Shown piece by piece: positions 1 through 9,069 of a stretch of 64,000 nt of DNA. The notes below the pieces were generated by a model. It saw nothing but the letters and a program-made list of their open reading frames with translations. It ran no database searches and was not told the DNA's origin. How positions within the stretch are numbered: position 1 is the stretch's first letter; every line of letters starts with the position of its first letter. Both the position numbers and the translations under genes were made by a program. This stretch comes from Nitrosopumilus sp. Lineage in GTDB: Archaea; Thermoproteota; Nitrososphaeria; Nitrososphaerales; Nitrosopumilaceae. Location: contig CBDBLO010000002.1 of NCBI GenBank assembly GCA_965207075.1, forward strand, positions 64,001 to 128,000. Reading direction: 5' to 3'.

Positions 1-598
1 ACACGTTGAGCGCGGCGTTCGCGATCTCGGCGCGCAGCAGCCGCTCGGGCGATATCCCGGCTATCTCGCCGAGCATGGCCTTTATCGGGTCCATGTGCGT
101 GACGAGCACGGCGTTTCCGTTATCATCATCATTACTATCGGCGCCGCCCCCGCTGCCCGCAGCGGCATCACCGCCGCCCGACACCACTTCGGACACTATC
201 CCGGTGACGCGCCTCCTGACCTGCTCGAAGGTCTCCACCCCCTTGTGCGCGATCTCGACGTCCCCCCCGTAGAACTTTGCGAATATGTCGTCGTGGCCCG
301 ACACCACCTCCTCAAACGTCATGCCGGTGAACTTGCCCATGTCAATCTCCGTCAGCCTCTCGTCGACTGTAACGGGCACCCCGCACTCCTCGGATATCAT
401 CCGCGCCGTCTCGGCGGCCCTCTTAATCGGGCTCGAGTATATCGCAGACACGCCTGCCGACGCGAGCATCTTGGCCGCGCGCTCCGCCTGCCTCACGCCC
501 TCCGGCGTCAGCGGGACGCCGTCCATGCGGCCGGCAAGCATCCTCTCCACGTTGTTCCGGGCCTGCCCGTGCCGGACCATTATGACGTGCCGCACCAA
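1..598 (-). CDS. Histidine phosphatase (phosphoglycerate mutase-like) family protein, 3' end runs off the window
   Basis: Manual translation of minus strand: VIMVRHGQARNN...SSPIKRAAETA...LVTHMDPI (RHG motif and second His); start uncertain (TTG 598 or GTG 595). Confidence 0.85.
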   Translation of the reverse strand, partial: MVRHVIMVRHGQARNNVERMLAGRMDGVPLTPEGVRQAERAAKMLASAGVSAIYSSPIKRAAETARMISEECGVPVTVDERLTEIDMGKFTGMTFEEVVSGHDDIFAKFYGGDVEIAHKGVETFEQVRRRVTGIVSEVVSGGGDAAAGSGGGADSNDDDNGNAVLVTHMDPIKAMLGEIAGISPERLLRAEIANAALNV

Positions 599-649
599 GA
601 TATCCGCCCTCGAATAGAGATAATAATAAGTCATATGTTTTCCCGTTGA

Positions 650-1330
650 ATGGCCAAGACCGTCGGAATCATAGGGGGCACCGGGGGAATGGGCAAGGGG
701 TTTGCCATCAGATGGGCCCAGAACCATCCCATACTGGTGGGCTCGAGGGACGCGGCAAGGGCCGCGGATGCGGCCGCGTCATACCAGAAGGAGGCCGACG
801 CCATATACGGCACACAGACCAGCATAACCGGCGGCGCCAACCCCGAGGTGGCCGAGAACAGCGACATTTTGATACTCTCCATACCGTACGGCAACATCGA
901 CGCCACGTGCCCGGGGATACTTTCGCGCGTCAGGGACGGCTGCACCGTGGTGTCGCCCATAGTCCCCATGGAGAAGACCGACACGGGGTTCGAGTTCATA
1001 CCGTTCAGGGACAGCGGCGCAAAGACGTCGCACGAGTCCGTCGCCGCCCACATGAAAGACGGCGGCAGGAGCCTGGTGTCGGCGTTCCACGTGATATCCG
1101 AAAAAAAGCTTGCAAACCCCTCAGTTACGCTAGACTATGACATATTCGTGTGCGGCGACGACGAGCGGGCCACGGACGAGATATGCGGGTTCATATCGGA
1201 GGTGGAGGGGCTGCGGCCCATACTGCTGGGCCCCGGCAAGCTGGCGTACATGGCCGAGATCGCCACCCCGCTTTTGCTCAACGCCATGATACGCAACAAG
1301 ATGAGAAACCCCGGCATAAAGCTGGTATGA
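650..1330 (+). CDS. npdG: NADPH-dependent F420 reductase (F420H2:NADP+ oxidoreductase)
   Basis: GIIGGTGGMGKG Rossmann motif, GSR, VSAFH, VCGDD motifs. Confidence 0.88.
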   Translation: MAKTVGIIGGTGGMGKGFAIRWAQNHPILVGSRDAARAADAAASYQKEADAIYGTQTSITGGANPEVAENSDILILSIPYGNIDATCPGILSRVRDGCTVVSPIVPMEKTDTGFEFIPFRDSGAKTSHESVAAHMKDGGRSLVSAFHVISEKKLANPSVTLDYDIFVCGDDERATDEICGFISEVEGLRPILLGPGKLAYMAEIATPLLLNAMIRNKMRNPGIKLV

Positions 1331-1397
1331 CCAGCGGCACGGGGCAGAGAGGCTGGCTCGACAAGATGATATGGCGCATGGCGATATCAGAATCATC

Positions 1398-1658
1398 ATG
1401 AGCGGGGGCGGGGGCAGCGAGTACAGGCGCAGGGGCAGAAACTGGTATACGGCAGTCGGGGCGCTGTTCGTCATAATGGCGTGCATAGTTTTGGTGCAGC
1501 AGCTGCTGGTGTGGGGCCCCGAGTTCGTGTCGGACTTTCTGACAAACGCCGAGGTGACCAACGAGAAGGTGTCCGCCGGCATGCTCGGGTTCGGCGCCTT
1601 TATGATCGCGATGGGATTCAGGCGCAACGCGCCCACAAGGGGGCCCGGCACGCAGTGA
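1398..1658 (+). CDS. Small membrane protein, two TM helices
   Basis: Two hydrophobic segments; stop overlaps the next start (GTGA). Confidence 0.65.
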   Translation: MSGGGGSEYRRRGRNWYTAVGALFVIMACIVLVQQLLVWGPEFVSDFLTNAEVTNEKVSAGMLGFGAFMIAMGFRRNAPTRGPGTQ

Positions 1659-2068
1659 CTGTACAGCACACCAGGGAGCAGGTGGAGCGGTTCCTGGAGG
1701 CGCAGAAGACTATGCGCCTTGCCACCGTACGCGGGGACGGAACGCCGCACGTGGTGCCGGTGTGGTACATGTACGAAAACGGGGCCTTTTACGTCGGCAC
1801 CCACACCAGGACCGCAAAGGCCAAGAACGTGGAGAGGACGGGCAGGGCCGCGTTCTGCGTCGACGTCGGGGTGCACTCCCCGGACATATTCGGGGTGTCC
1901 GGACACGGCAGGGCCTCGCTTCTCAGGGACGACGTTGTTGCCATCGCGTCCAGGATACTATCCAGATACTATGACACGATGGACGACCCTGCCGCGCAGG
2001 AGCTGCTGGAGGACACCGACTGCATCATACGCATCGTGCCGGACGGCATGGCTAGCTGGAGCTATTGA
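1655..2068 (+). CDS. Pyridoxamine 5'-phosphate oxidase-like (putative F420-dependent) protein
   Basis: RLATVRGDGTPHVVPVWY and KAKNV motifs; GTG start overlapping the upstream TGA. Confidence 0.85.
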   Translation: MTVQHTREQVERFLEAQKTMRLATVRGDGTPHVVPVWYMYENGAFYVGTHTRTAKAKNVERTGRAAFCVDVGVHSPDIFGVSGHGRASLLRDDVVAIASRILSRYYDTMDDPAAQELLEDTDCIIRIVPDGMASWSY

Positions 2069-3263
2069 TCATAAAGTCCTCGAGCTTTGACATGGCCGAC
2101 TCCAGCACCGGTATGTCGGGCAGGTACACGACACGGAAGTGCCCCGAGCCGTACCGCTCGCCGAACCCCGAGCCGTGGACCGTGAGCACGCCCTTTCTCT
2201 CGAGCAGCGACATGACAAAGCTCTTGTCGCCGCCGAACCTTTTGGCGCAGTCCTCCACCTTTGGGAACGCGTAGAACGCGCCCCTCGGCATGGCGCACGA
2301 TATGCCGGGAATCTCGTTGAGCCTCGGGATGATATAGTCGCGGCGCCTGCGCACCTCGGATACGAACCTGCCGATATAGTCCTGCGGCCCGCGCAGCGAC
2401 TCGAGCGCGGCGTGCTGGAACGGCAGGTTCGTGGTTATGCGCACCCTTGCAAGCTTTGGCAGGTTCTCCCGGATGCCGTCGAGGCGCGGCGACGCGCCGT
2501 TGAACGCCACGTACCCCATGCGCCACCCGGTCATCAGGTGCACCTTTGAGAAGCCGTTGAGTATTATGACCGGTGCCGTGCCGGCCACCGCGCCCACCCC
2601 CGCGAACCGGCGGCCGCCGTCGCCGCCGCCGTCAAACGTGATATGGTCGTATATCTCGTCGCATATCAGGTACAGGTCGTGCTCTTCTGCGATGCGGACC
2701 ATCTCGGTGAGGCTCTTTTCGTCAAACACGACGCCGCTGGGGTTGTTGGGGCTTATCAGGCATATGGCGACCGTCCTCGGCGTGATCTTGGACCTGATGT
2801 CCTCCATGTCGGCCGACGACTCCTCGAGGTCCATTGCAAACTCCACCGGCGTGCCGCCGCGCAGGCGCACGTAGGACGCGTACGGGGGATAGTAGGGGCC
2901 GGGCAGCAGCACCTCGTCGCCCTCCTCGACTATGGACGATATCACCATGTCGAGCGCCTCCGAGACGCCGTTTGTCACCACCACGTCGTCGGCCGACACG
3001 GACAGCCCCTTTGCGGACTCCTTTTCTGCGATGGCCTCCCGCAGCTCCGGCAGGCCCTCCGACGGGGCGTAATAGTTCTCGCCCCTGTTTACGGCGTCGA
3101 TGAGCGCCTGCCTGACGTTGTCCGGCGGCTGGAACCCGAACTGCACGGGGTCGCCGATGTTCAGGTAGTCTATTGAAACGCCGCGCCGCTGCACGCCGCG
3201 CGCCGCCTGCACTATGTCCCTGATGGCGTACTCCACGCCGGCCACCCTCTTCGATACCTTCAA
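2052..3263 (-). CDS. PLP-dependent aminotransferase class I/II
   Basis: SPNNPSG, DEIY, NGFSKVHLMTGWRMGY motifs. Confidence 0.92.
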   Translation of the reverse strand: MKVSKRVAGVEYAIRDIVQAARGVQRRGVSIDYLNIGDPVQFGFQPPDNVRQALIDAVNRGENYYAPSEGLPELREAIAEKESAKGLSVSADDVVVTNGVSEALDMVISSIVEEGDEVLLPGPYYPPYASYVRLRGGTPVEFAMDLEESSADMEDIRSKITPRTVAICLISPNNPSGVVFDEKSLTEMVRIAEEHDLYLICDEIYDHITFDGGGDGGRRFAGVGAVAGTAPVIILNGFSKVHLMTGWRMGYVAFNGASPRLDGIRENLPKLARVRITTNLPFQHAALESLRGPQDYIGRFVSEVRRRRDYIIPRLNEIPGISCAMPRGAFYAFPKVEDCAKRFGGDKSFVMSLLERKGVLTVHGSGFGERYGSGHFRVVYLPDIPVLESAMSKLEDFMINSSS

Positions 3264-3306
3264 GGCGCTAGGCAGGTATTTAGACGTCTAAAAGCCTTAT
3301 CTTTTC

Positions 3307-3381
3307 GGACTCGTAGCACAGTCTGGATAGTGCGGGCGGCTTCGGACCGCCAGGTCGAGGGATCGAAGCCCTCCGAGCCCT
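3307..3381 (+). tRNA. tRNA-Arg(TCG)
   Basis: Cloverleaf: GGACTCG acceptor, anticodon arm GGCGG-CTTCGGA-CCGCC, T arm GAGGG-ATCGAAG-CCCTC; one A-C mismatch in the acceptor stem. Confidence 0.9.
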
Positions 3382-3400
3382 CCTCCTCCTCCTCCTCCTC
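3379..3400 (+). repeat. (CCT)7 microsatellite directly after the tRNA
   Basis: cctcctcctcctcctcctcctc read directly. Confidence 0.9.
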
Positions 3401-3431
3401 TTAATTCAGGGACAGGGCATCCGCGTGCGCG

Positions 3432-4217
3432 TCACGCCGCCCCGTCGAGATCATGGCTGAGCACCAGGATCTCACTGGAACTCTTGTTGCTGGACATGCC
3501 GTACTTCCACTCGGGCCTGACTATGTCATAACCCGAATAGAGCGACAGTATCTCAGGCGTGTCGTTATATGACAGGATCCATCTGTCGCGGCCGTGGAGG
3601 ATCCTGGCCAGTCCCTCGTGGTCAAAGCCGTTCTGCATGTCCCCCCTGCGTCCGTAAAGCCCGGTGCCCCCCAGCAGGTACGGCGGGTCAAGATAGAGCA
3701 GGGCGTCGCCTGCCCCCGCTATGGAGTCCTCAAAGCCCATGCAGTCCACCGAAAAGTTCTTCACGCGAAAGCGCTCCAGCCGCTCTATTGAGGACTCGGT
3801 AAAGCGCGGGTGCCCCGGCGACATCCCGCCTGAAAGCGTGGTTCCCGAAAACGACGCCCTGTTCAGGGCAAAGTATATCGCGGCCCTCCTGTACGAGGGG
3901 CGTGAGCCGTGCTGGCCCTCCTGCAGGTCGTAAAAGTCGGACCTCTCTAGCGGGTGGTACTGCCTTGCAATATCCGCCAGCTTTCTCGGGTTTTTCAGCA
4001 GGCACCTCCAAAAGTTGACAAGCGGCTCGAATATGTCGTACCCGCGGACCGCGATGCCCACCGACGCGCACGCTATCTCCAGCGAACCGCCCCCCAAGAA
4101 CGGCGAGACCATCCTTTTCGTGCCCTCTGGTATGTGCTTGGAGATCTCGGGTACGCCCCTGGACTTGCCGCCGCAGTACCTGAGGGGCGAGCGCGGCCGC
4201 GCGGGCTGCACAGTCAT
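3432..4217 (-). CDS. DNA adenine methyltransferase, Dam/D12 class, orphan
   Basis: SPLRYCGGKS, SPFLGGGS (motif I), LYLDPPY (motif IV); no adjacent restriction endonuclease. Confidence 0.9.
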   Translation of the reverse strand: MTVQPARPRSPLRYCGGKSRGVPEISKHIPEGTKRMVSPFLGGGSLEIACASVGIAVRGYDIFEPLVNFWRCLLKNPRKLADIARQYHPLERSDFYDLQEGQHGSRPSYRRAAIYFALNRASFSGTTLSGGMSPGHPRFTESSIERLERFRVKNFSVDCMGFEDSIAGAGDALLYLDPPYLLGGTGLYGRRGDMQNGFDHEGLARILHGRDRWILSYNDTPEILSLYSGYDIVRPEWKYGMSSNKSSSEILVLSHDLDGAA

Positions 4218-4515
4218 GAACGTACGCACCGCCGGCCGGAGGCGCGTATTCGGATCGATGTGCCTCTTTCCATACGCGTGCGGTCCACACGATGGGAACC
4301 GGAGCAGCTCAAATATGCCTATGGGCGGACAGTCATGTGGAAATAGTAACCGTGCAATTTCTATTTCTCCTCTCTTCCCCTTTTCCGGCCTCTACTCCCC
4401 CCCCCCCACTCGTCAGATATCTGACGGGCGATCCGCCAAACCGGCCGTGCGCGACACGTCCGGTCGTCACGTGTGGAGAGGGTGTCACCATGGCGGAGTG
4501 AGCAGCTGTGTGATG

Positions 4516-4549
4516 ATATGTCAGCTGACATATATGTCCATTGACATAT
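4516..4549. promoter_or_regulatory. Two overlapping ATATGTC-N4-GACATAT inverted repeats (putative operator)
   Basis: ATATGTC-AGCT-GACATAT at 4516-4533 and ATATGTC-CATT-GACATAT at 4532-4549, upstream of TATA-like TATATAA at about 4574-4580. Confidence 0.6.
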
Positions 4550-4604
4550 GTTCAGTTTTATCCCTAGACTATCTATATAATTCCCCCCGGCCTTACGCGA
4601 CGTG

Positions 4605-4868
4605 ATGCCGGGTATAGGACTGATCAAGCGGCGCCTGGAGACGGAGGCCCAGGCAGTGGCGCTGGCCACGTCACACATACTAAAGGAGCGCAATCTGGCA
4701 GGCGGAGAAGGAAAGGAGGAGGATCCCGCAAGCACGGTCAGCACGCTTGAAACCAAGTATGACGCGGACTCGGGGGACTGGTATGTCGCACTCGGCTGGG
4801 ACGGCAAAAGGGCCGTCATACGGATGGACTCCATACTGGGCACCGTAACGGACGTCAGGGAGGTATGA
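4605..4868 (+). CDS. Hypothetical protein
   Basis: TATA-like box about 25 nt upstream; ATGA overlap with the next gene. Confidence 0.7.
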   Translation: MPGIGLIKRRLETEAQAVALATSHILKERNLAGGEGKEEDPASTVSTLETKYDADSGDWYVALGWDGKRAVIRMDSILGTVTDVREV

Positions 4869-5518
4869 GCATGGACGCGCTTGTCATGGGCGGCTCCAGG
4901 GGGATCGGCAGGGCTATTGCAGACGCGCTGTCCGACGCCGGCGTCAACGTGTATGCCGCATCAAGGCGCGACGTCGACACGTCGGACCTTGATAGCGCAA
5001 AAGAGTTCGCCGAGGCGCACCCCGACACCGACGTGCTGGTGCTGAACACGGGCGGGCCTCCCCCGAAGACGTTTGCCGAGGCGACGGAGCAGGACTGGCA
5101 AAAGTACCACAACCAGCTGTTCCTGGGATTCTGCACGATTCTGCAAAACGTCAGGGTGAACGACGGCGGCTACATATTCTTGATCAGCTCAAGCGTGATA
5201 AAGGAGCCCGACCCGCGCCTCGTCATCTCCGCCGCGTACCGCGCGGCGTTCTCGGAGGTCCTCAGGGTACAGGGCCGCACCGAGTACGCGGGGCGCGACG
5301 TCACCTGCGTTACGATAGCGCCGGGCCCGATCAACACGGACCGCACCCGCGAGCTCGTCGACGACGTGGAAGAGTTCCAGAAGCAGCTGCCCATGGGGCG
5401 GCTCGGCGAGCCCGGTGAGATAGGCCAGTTCGTGGCCGGCATAGTGAGCCGCAGGATAAAGTACCTGTCAGGCGCCGTGGTAAACTTTGACGGGGCCGGC
5501 TCGCGCCACGTCTTTTAG
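4865..5518 (+). CDS. SDR family oxidoreductase
   Basis: GGSRGIG, NTGGPP, PGPINTDR, DG motifs. Confidence 0.9.
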   Translation: MSMDALVMGGSRGIGRAIADALSDAGVNVYAASRRDVDTSDLDSAKEFAEAHPDTDVLVLNTGGPPPKTFAEATEQDWQKYHNQLFLGFCTILQNVRVNDGGYIFLISSSVIKEPDPRLVISAAYRAAFSEVLRVQGRTEYAGRDVTCVTIAPGPINTDRTRELVDDVEEFQKQLPMGRLGEPGEIGQFVAGIVSRRIKYLSGAVVNFDGAGSRHVF

Positions 5519-5605
5519 GCGCGGCCGCCGCGCGCGGCCGTCCGGCCGCAGGAACGCGGCGGGTCGATCCTAAACATATATTGTTTCACACGTGACCACA
5601 TCCAC

Positions 5606-6628
5606 TTGCTTGACAAGCGCACGCTGGAGAGGGTCGACGCGGGCCGGATGCACGAGGTGTACGACAGGTGGCCCCGGATCGCGGCCGACGCGTACGAGCC
5701 CCGCCCGGACCAGGACGCCGTCACGTACGGGGACGACATAACGCACATCGTGTTTGCTGGAATGGGGGGGTCGGGCGCCGTGGGGGACCTCTTTGCCGCC
5801 GTACTCTCAAAGACTACAGTGCACGTCACCGTAACAAAGGGGTACGAGCTGCCAAAAACGGTCGACAGGAACACGCTGGTGGTCGCGACAAGCGTCTCGG
5901 GGGAGACGCCGGAGACGCTGGCCGCGCTCGAGGCGGCCGCCAGAACCGACGCGCGGGTCGTCGGCGTGTCGTCGGGCGGCAGTCTGGAGAAGATGTGCCG
6001 CAGCAGGGGCCACGGACACATACCCATCGGGCAGCACCACTCGCCCCGGGCGTCGTTTGCGGGGGTCGTCTTCTCCATGCTGAGGGCGCTTGAGGACGTG
6101 TTGCCGCTGCGGAAGGGGGGCGTTTCGGAGGCCATAGGGCGCCTGCGGGATGTGGGCCGCGCGATATCGTCTGACAACATGGGCGGCGACAACGTGTCGC
6201 TGCGCATCGCCGAGCGCATGGCCGCCGTGCCGCTGATATACCACCCGTTCGGGCTGCGGGCCGCGGCCATCAGGTTCAAAAACGACCTGCAGGAGAACGC
6301 AAAGACGCACGCCATGGTGGAGGACGTCCTGGAGGCCTGCCACAACGGGGTCGTGGCATGGGAGGCGCCCTCCGATGTGGTCGGCCCTGTCATGATCACG
6401 GGAAGCGACGACCACCCGAAGACGAAAGAGAGGTGGCAGATACTAAAAGAGTACTTTGGGTCGGCAGGTATAGAATACGTGGAGATTCAGTCGGGGGAGG
6501 GGGGGATACTGGCAAAGCTCATGGGCCTTTCATACGTGGCGGGATATGCCAGCATATACCGCGCCGTAATGAACGGGATCGACCCGTCTCCCGTCGAGTC
6601 CATAGATTTCGTAAAGAGCAGGCTGTGA
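5606..6628 (+). CDS. SIS-domain bifunctional phosphoglucose/phosphomannose isomerase-like protein
   Basis: GMGGSG, SVSGET.ETL, QENAK, EACHN motifs. Confidence 0.85.
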   Translation: MLDKRTLERVDAGRMHEVYDRWPRIAADAYEPRPDQDAVTYGDDITHIVFAGMGGSGAVGDLFAAVLSKTTVHVTVTKGYELPKTVDRNTLVVATSVSGETPETLAALEAAARTDARVVGVSSGGSLEKMCRSRGHGHIPIGQHHSPRASFAGVVFSMLRALEDVLPLRKGGVSEAIGRLRDVGRAISSDNMGGDNVSLRIAERMAAVPLIYHPFGLRAAAIRFKNDLQENAKTHAMVEDVLEACHNGVVAWEAPSDVVGPVMITGSDDHPKTKERWQILKEYFGSAGIEYVEIQSGEGGILAKLMGLSYVAGYASIYRAVMNGIDPSPVESIDFVKSRL

Positions 6629-6636
6629 CCGGCTGG

Positions 6637-7335
6637 CTAGTTTCCGGCGCTGTTGTTGTTGCTGCTACTGTTGCCGCCGCCGCTACTGCCGTCCGTGCCG
6701 CCGCCTGTGGCGGCAGGCGGTATCACCAGGAGCCCCCCGTCGGCAAGCTGCTTTACGAGCTGCATTACCTCCTTTTCGACCTGGCCGCGCTGCAACCCTG
6801 TCTGCTGGGCGAACACCTCCACTAGGTCGGTTATCTTGCGCTGCCCGTTGCAGGACCGCCAAAAGTCCACTATTGCCTGGTTGACCATGAACCCCTGGTC
6901 GTGCTCGTTTGCAAGCACCATCGAGCCGTCCTCCTGCTTGACCAGGTTGCCCACGCCCTGCGGCATGGCAGTCGCATAGTCTATGGGGGCCGGAGTCGCC
7001 ATGTTGGTGAGGCTGCCCATGCCCCGCAGCGTCTCCCTGGCCTCGGCGGTCAGCATGTCCATCGTCCACGGCGGGTCCCAGACTATCTCGACGTTGACGT
7101 TGTTGACGCCGGGCACCTTTTTGGCAAACCGCGTCACGTCGGAGACCAGCGTCTCGTGCAGCGGGCACCCCTTTGTGGTCATAGTCATACTTATGTTGAC
7201 GTCGTTGCCGTCCGTGACGTCGATCCCGTATACCAGACCCATGTCCACGATGCTGATCGGGACCTCCGGATCCATGCACTGCTTGAGCGACGCCCTGACC
7301 GCGTCGGGAGTGACGGATACTGCAGAAGTGCTCAT
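6637..7335 (-). CDS. DUF59 (SufT/MIP18 Fe-S assembly) protein fused to a C-terminal PqqD/RRE-like domain
   Basis: DPE..ISIVDMGLVY, TTKGCP, WDPPW; C-terminal VLANEH..FMVN...FWRSCNGQRKITDLV...LVKQLADGGLL. Confidence 0.8.
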   Translation of the reverse strand: MSTSAVSVTPDAVRASLKQCMDPEVPISIVDMGLVYGIDVTDGNDVNISMTMTTKGCPLHETLVSDVTRFAKKVPGVNNVNVEIVWDPPWTMDMLTAEARETLRGMGSLTNMATPAPIDYATAMPQGVGNLVKQEDGSMVLANEHDQGFMVNQAIVDFWRSCNGQRKITDLVEVFAQQTGLQRGQVEKEVMQLVKQLADGGLLVIPPAATGGGTDGSSGGGNSSSNNNSAGN

Positions 7336-7369
7336 GTGGGGCGCAGTCCAGCCAAGAAATAAAAAGTTT

Positions 7370-8506
7370 CTATAAATTAGCTGCGACAAACAATCGGGGG
7401 ATGGACTCTACATAGGGGGGTGCCGCCACGCCCCTCTCAGTTATGATCCCGGACACGAGCTCGGGGGGCGTCATGTCAAACGCGGGGTTTATCACGCCGA
7501 CGCCGGCGGGCGCCGTCCTGCGGCCCGCCACGCCTGTGACCTCGTCGGGGCTGCGCTGCTCTATCACCACGTCGCCGGGGTCGCTGTCCATGTCAAACGT
7601 GGAGAGCGGGGCCGCCACGTAGAACGGTATGCCGTGCCGGCGCGCCATGGTGGCCACCTGGTACGTCCCTATCTTGTTGTAGACGTGTCCCGTGCGCAGT
7701 ATGCGGTCGGCGCCCACCACCACGCGGTCGACCAGTCCGTTTGCCATCGCGTACCCGACGGCGGTGTCGGGTATGATGCTGACGTCGATCCCGTCGTGCT
7801 TTAGCTCGAATGCGGTCAGCCTCGAGCCCTGCTGCACAGGACGGGTCTCGGTGGCGATCACGCTGACCGCCTTGCCGGAGTCGCGCGCGGCCCTGATCAC
7901 CCCCAGCGCCGTGCCGTACGCGACGGTGGCAAGGGCCCCCGCGTTGCAGTGGGTCATTATGGTGTCGCTGTCCGAAAAGAGGGCAACCCCGTTGCGCCCC
8001 ATTGCCAGGTTCACCTCGATGTCGTCTGACGCCATGCGCATTGCGGCGTCCGCTACCGCCGTGGCTACGGGGACGGGAGAGTCACTGTTAGACGAGGCGG
8101 CCGCGTCCTCGGCAACGCGCATTATCTTGTCCAGGCCCCACTTCAGGTTGACGGCGGTGGGGCGAGTCGCCGCGAGGACCGTGGCGGCAGTCCTGAGGTC
8201 CCTTAGGAGCTGGGACGCGTCGGACGCGTTGCTCTGCCGCGCGGCCAGCGCAAGCCCGAAGGCTCCCGACACCCCTATTGCAGGGGCCCCCCTCACGACG
8301 AGGTTCTTGATGGCCTGCGCCACGTCCCTGTAGTCGTCATACGTGACGTAGACGAGCTCGTTTGGGAGCTTCGTCTGGTCGATCATCACCACCTTGCCGT
8401 CGTCGCTCCACTCCACGGTCTTCATCATATCCGACGGCTCGGGAGGCCGTGGCGATGGCTGCGGGGTGGGAGGCGGTGACGATGCGGATGATGCGGTCTC
8501 GGACAT
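7370..8506 (-). CDS. mtnA: S-methyl-5-thioribose-1-phosphate isomerase
   Basis: VRGAPAIG, TRPTAVNL, THCNAGALAT, ETRP..QGSRLT, NKIGTY; start uncertain. Confidence 0.92.
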   Translation of the reverse strand: MSETASSASSPPPTPQPSPRPPEPSDMMKTVEWSDDGKVVMIDQTKLPNELVYVTYDDYRDVAQAIKNLVVRGAPAIGVSGAFGLALAARQSNASDASQLLRDLRTAATVLAATRPTAVNLKWGLDKIMRVAEDAAASSNSDSPVPVATAVADAAMRMASDDIEVNLAMGRNGVALFSDSDTIMTHCNAGALATVAYGTALGVIRAARDSGKAVSVIATETRPVQQGSRLTAFELKHDGIDVSIIPDTAVGYAMANGLVDRVVVGADRILRTGHVYNKIGTYQVATMARRHGIPFYVAAPLSTFDMDSDPGDVVIEQRSPDEVTGVAGRRTAPAGVGVINPAFDMTPPELVSGIITERGVAAPPYVESIPRLFVAANL

Positions 8507-8795
8507 GTCAGATATCATTACTCCCACTTACGAATAATTTAAACCGAGTCGATGCGCGCCGTCCTACGCGGCAGCATGCTGCGGGGGCGCGCCCACAAGC
8601 GACGGAAACTAAAAGGATCGCCTTTGCGGCAGCACCAACTCACTGCGTTGCCGGTTGCTTTTGCCGCCAATTTACACTGCATCAACTCCCGTCTACGTTC
8701 CTCCCACCCACCTCCCCTCCATGAATGTCACAATTTAACAGAAAAAATAATGAAAGGATCCAGATTCAGAAGGAGAACTTGCGGGACTTGGCAGT

Positions 8796-8981
8796 TTACG
8801 CTGAATGACTGTCACGTATGGCCTCTACCTCGGCAATGCTGTCGGCACGTCTGCTTGCACACTCTCTGCACCATTCTGCGATTCGTTTTTCGCCGGCGGC
8901 TTCGGCCCTTGCGGCCGTCTCCTCATCCTCTGCCTTCCACTCTTTCAGTTTTTCAATGTATCCGTCGTAGTCGAATCCCAT
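8796..8981 (-). CDS. Small hypothetical protein (61 aa)
   Basis: ATG preceded by BRE/TATA-like GAGAAATTTAAG about 25 nt upstream; charged, helical-looking sequence. Confidence 0.5.
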   Translation of the reverse strand: MGFDYDGYIEKLKEWKAEDEETAARAEAAGEKRIAEWCRECASRRADSIAEVEAIRDSHSA

Positions 8982-9069
8982 AAGTGGTATTGGTTGCCAA
9001 GAACCTTAAATTTCTCTGACGGTTTTACGCCACAAGCAGGTTGCGGCGTGCCGCAGACTATTGCCAGAA

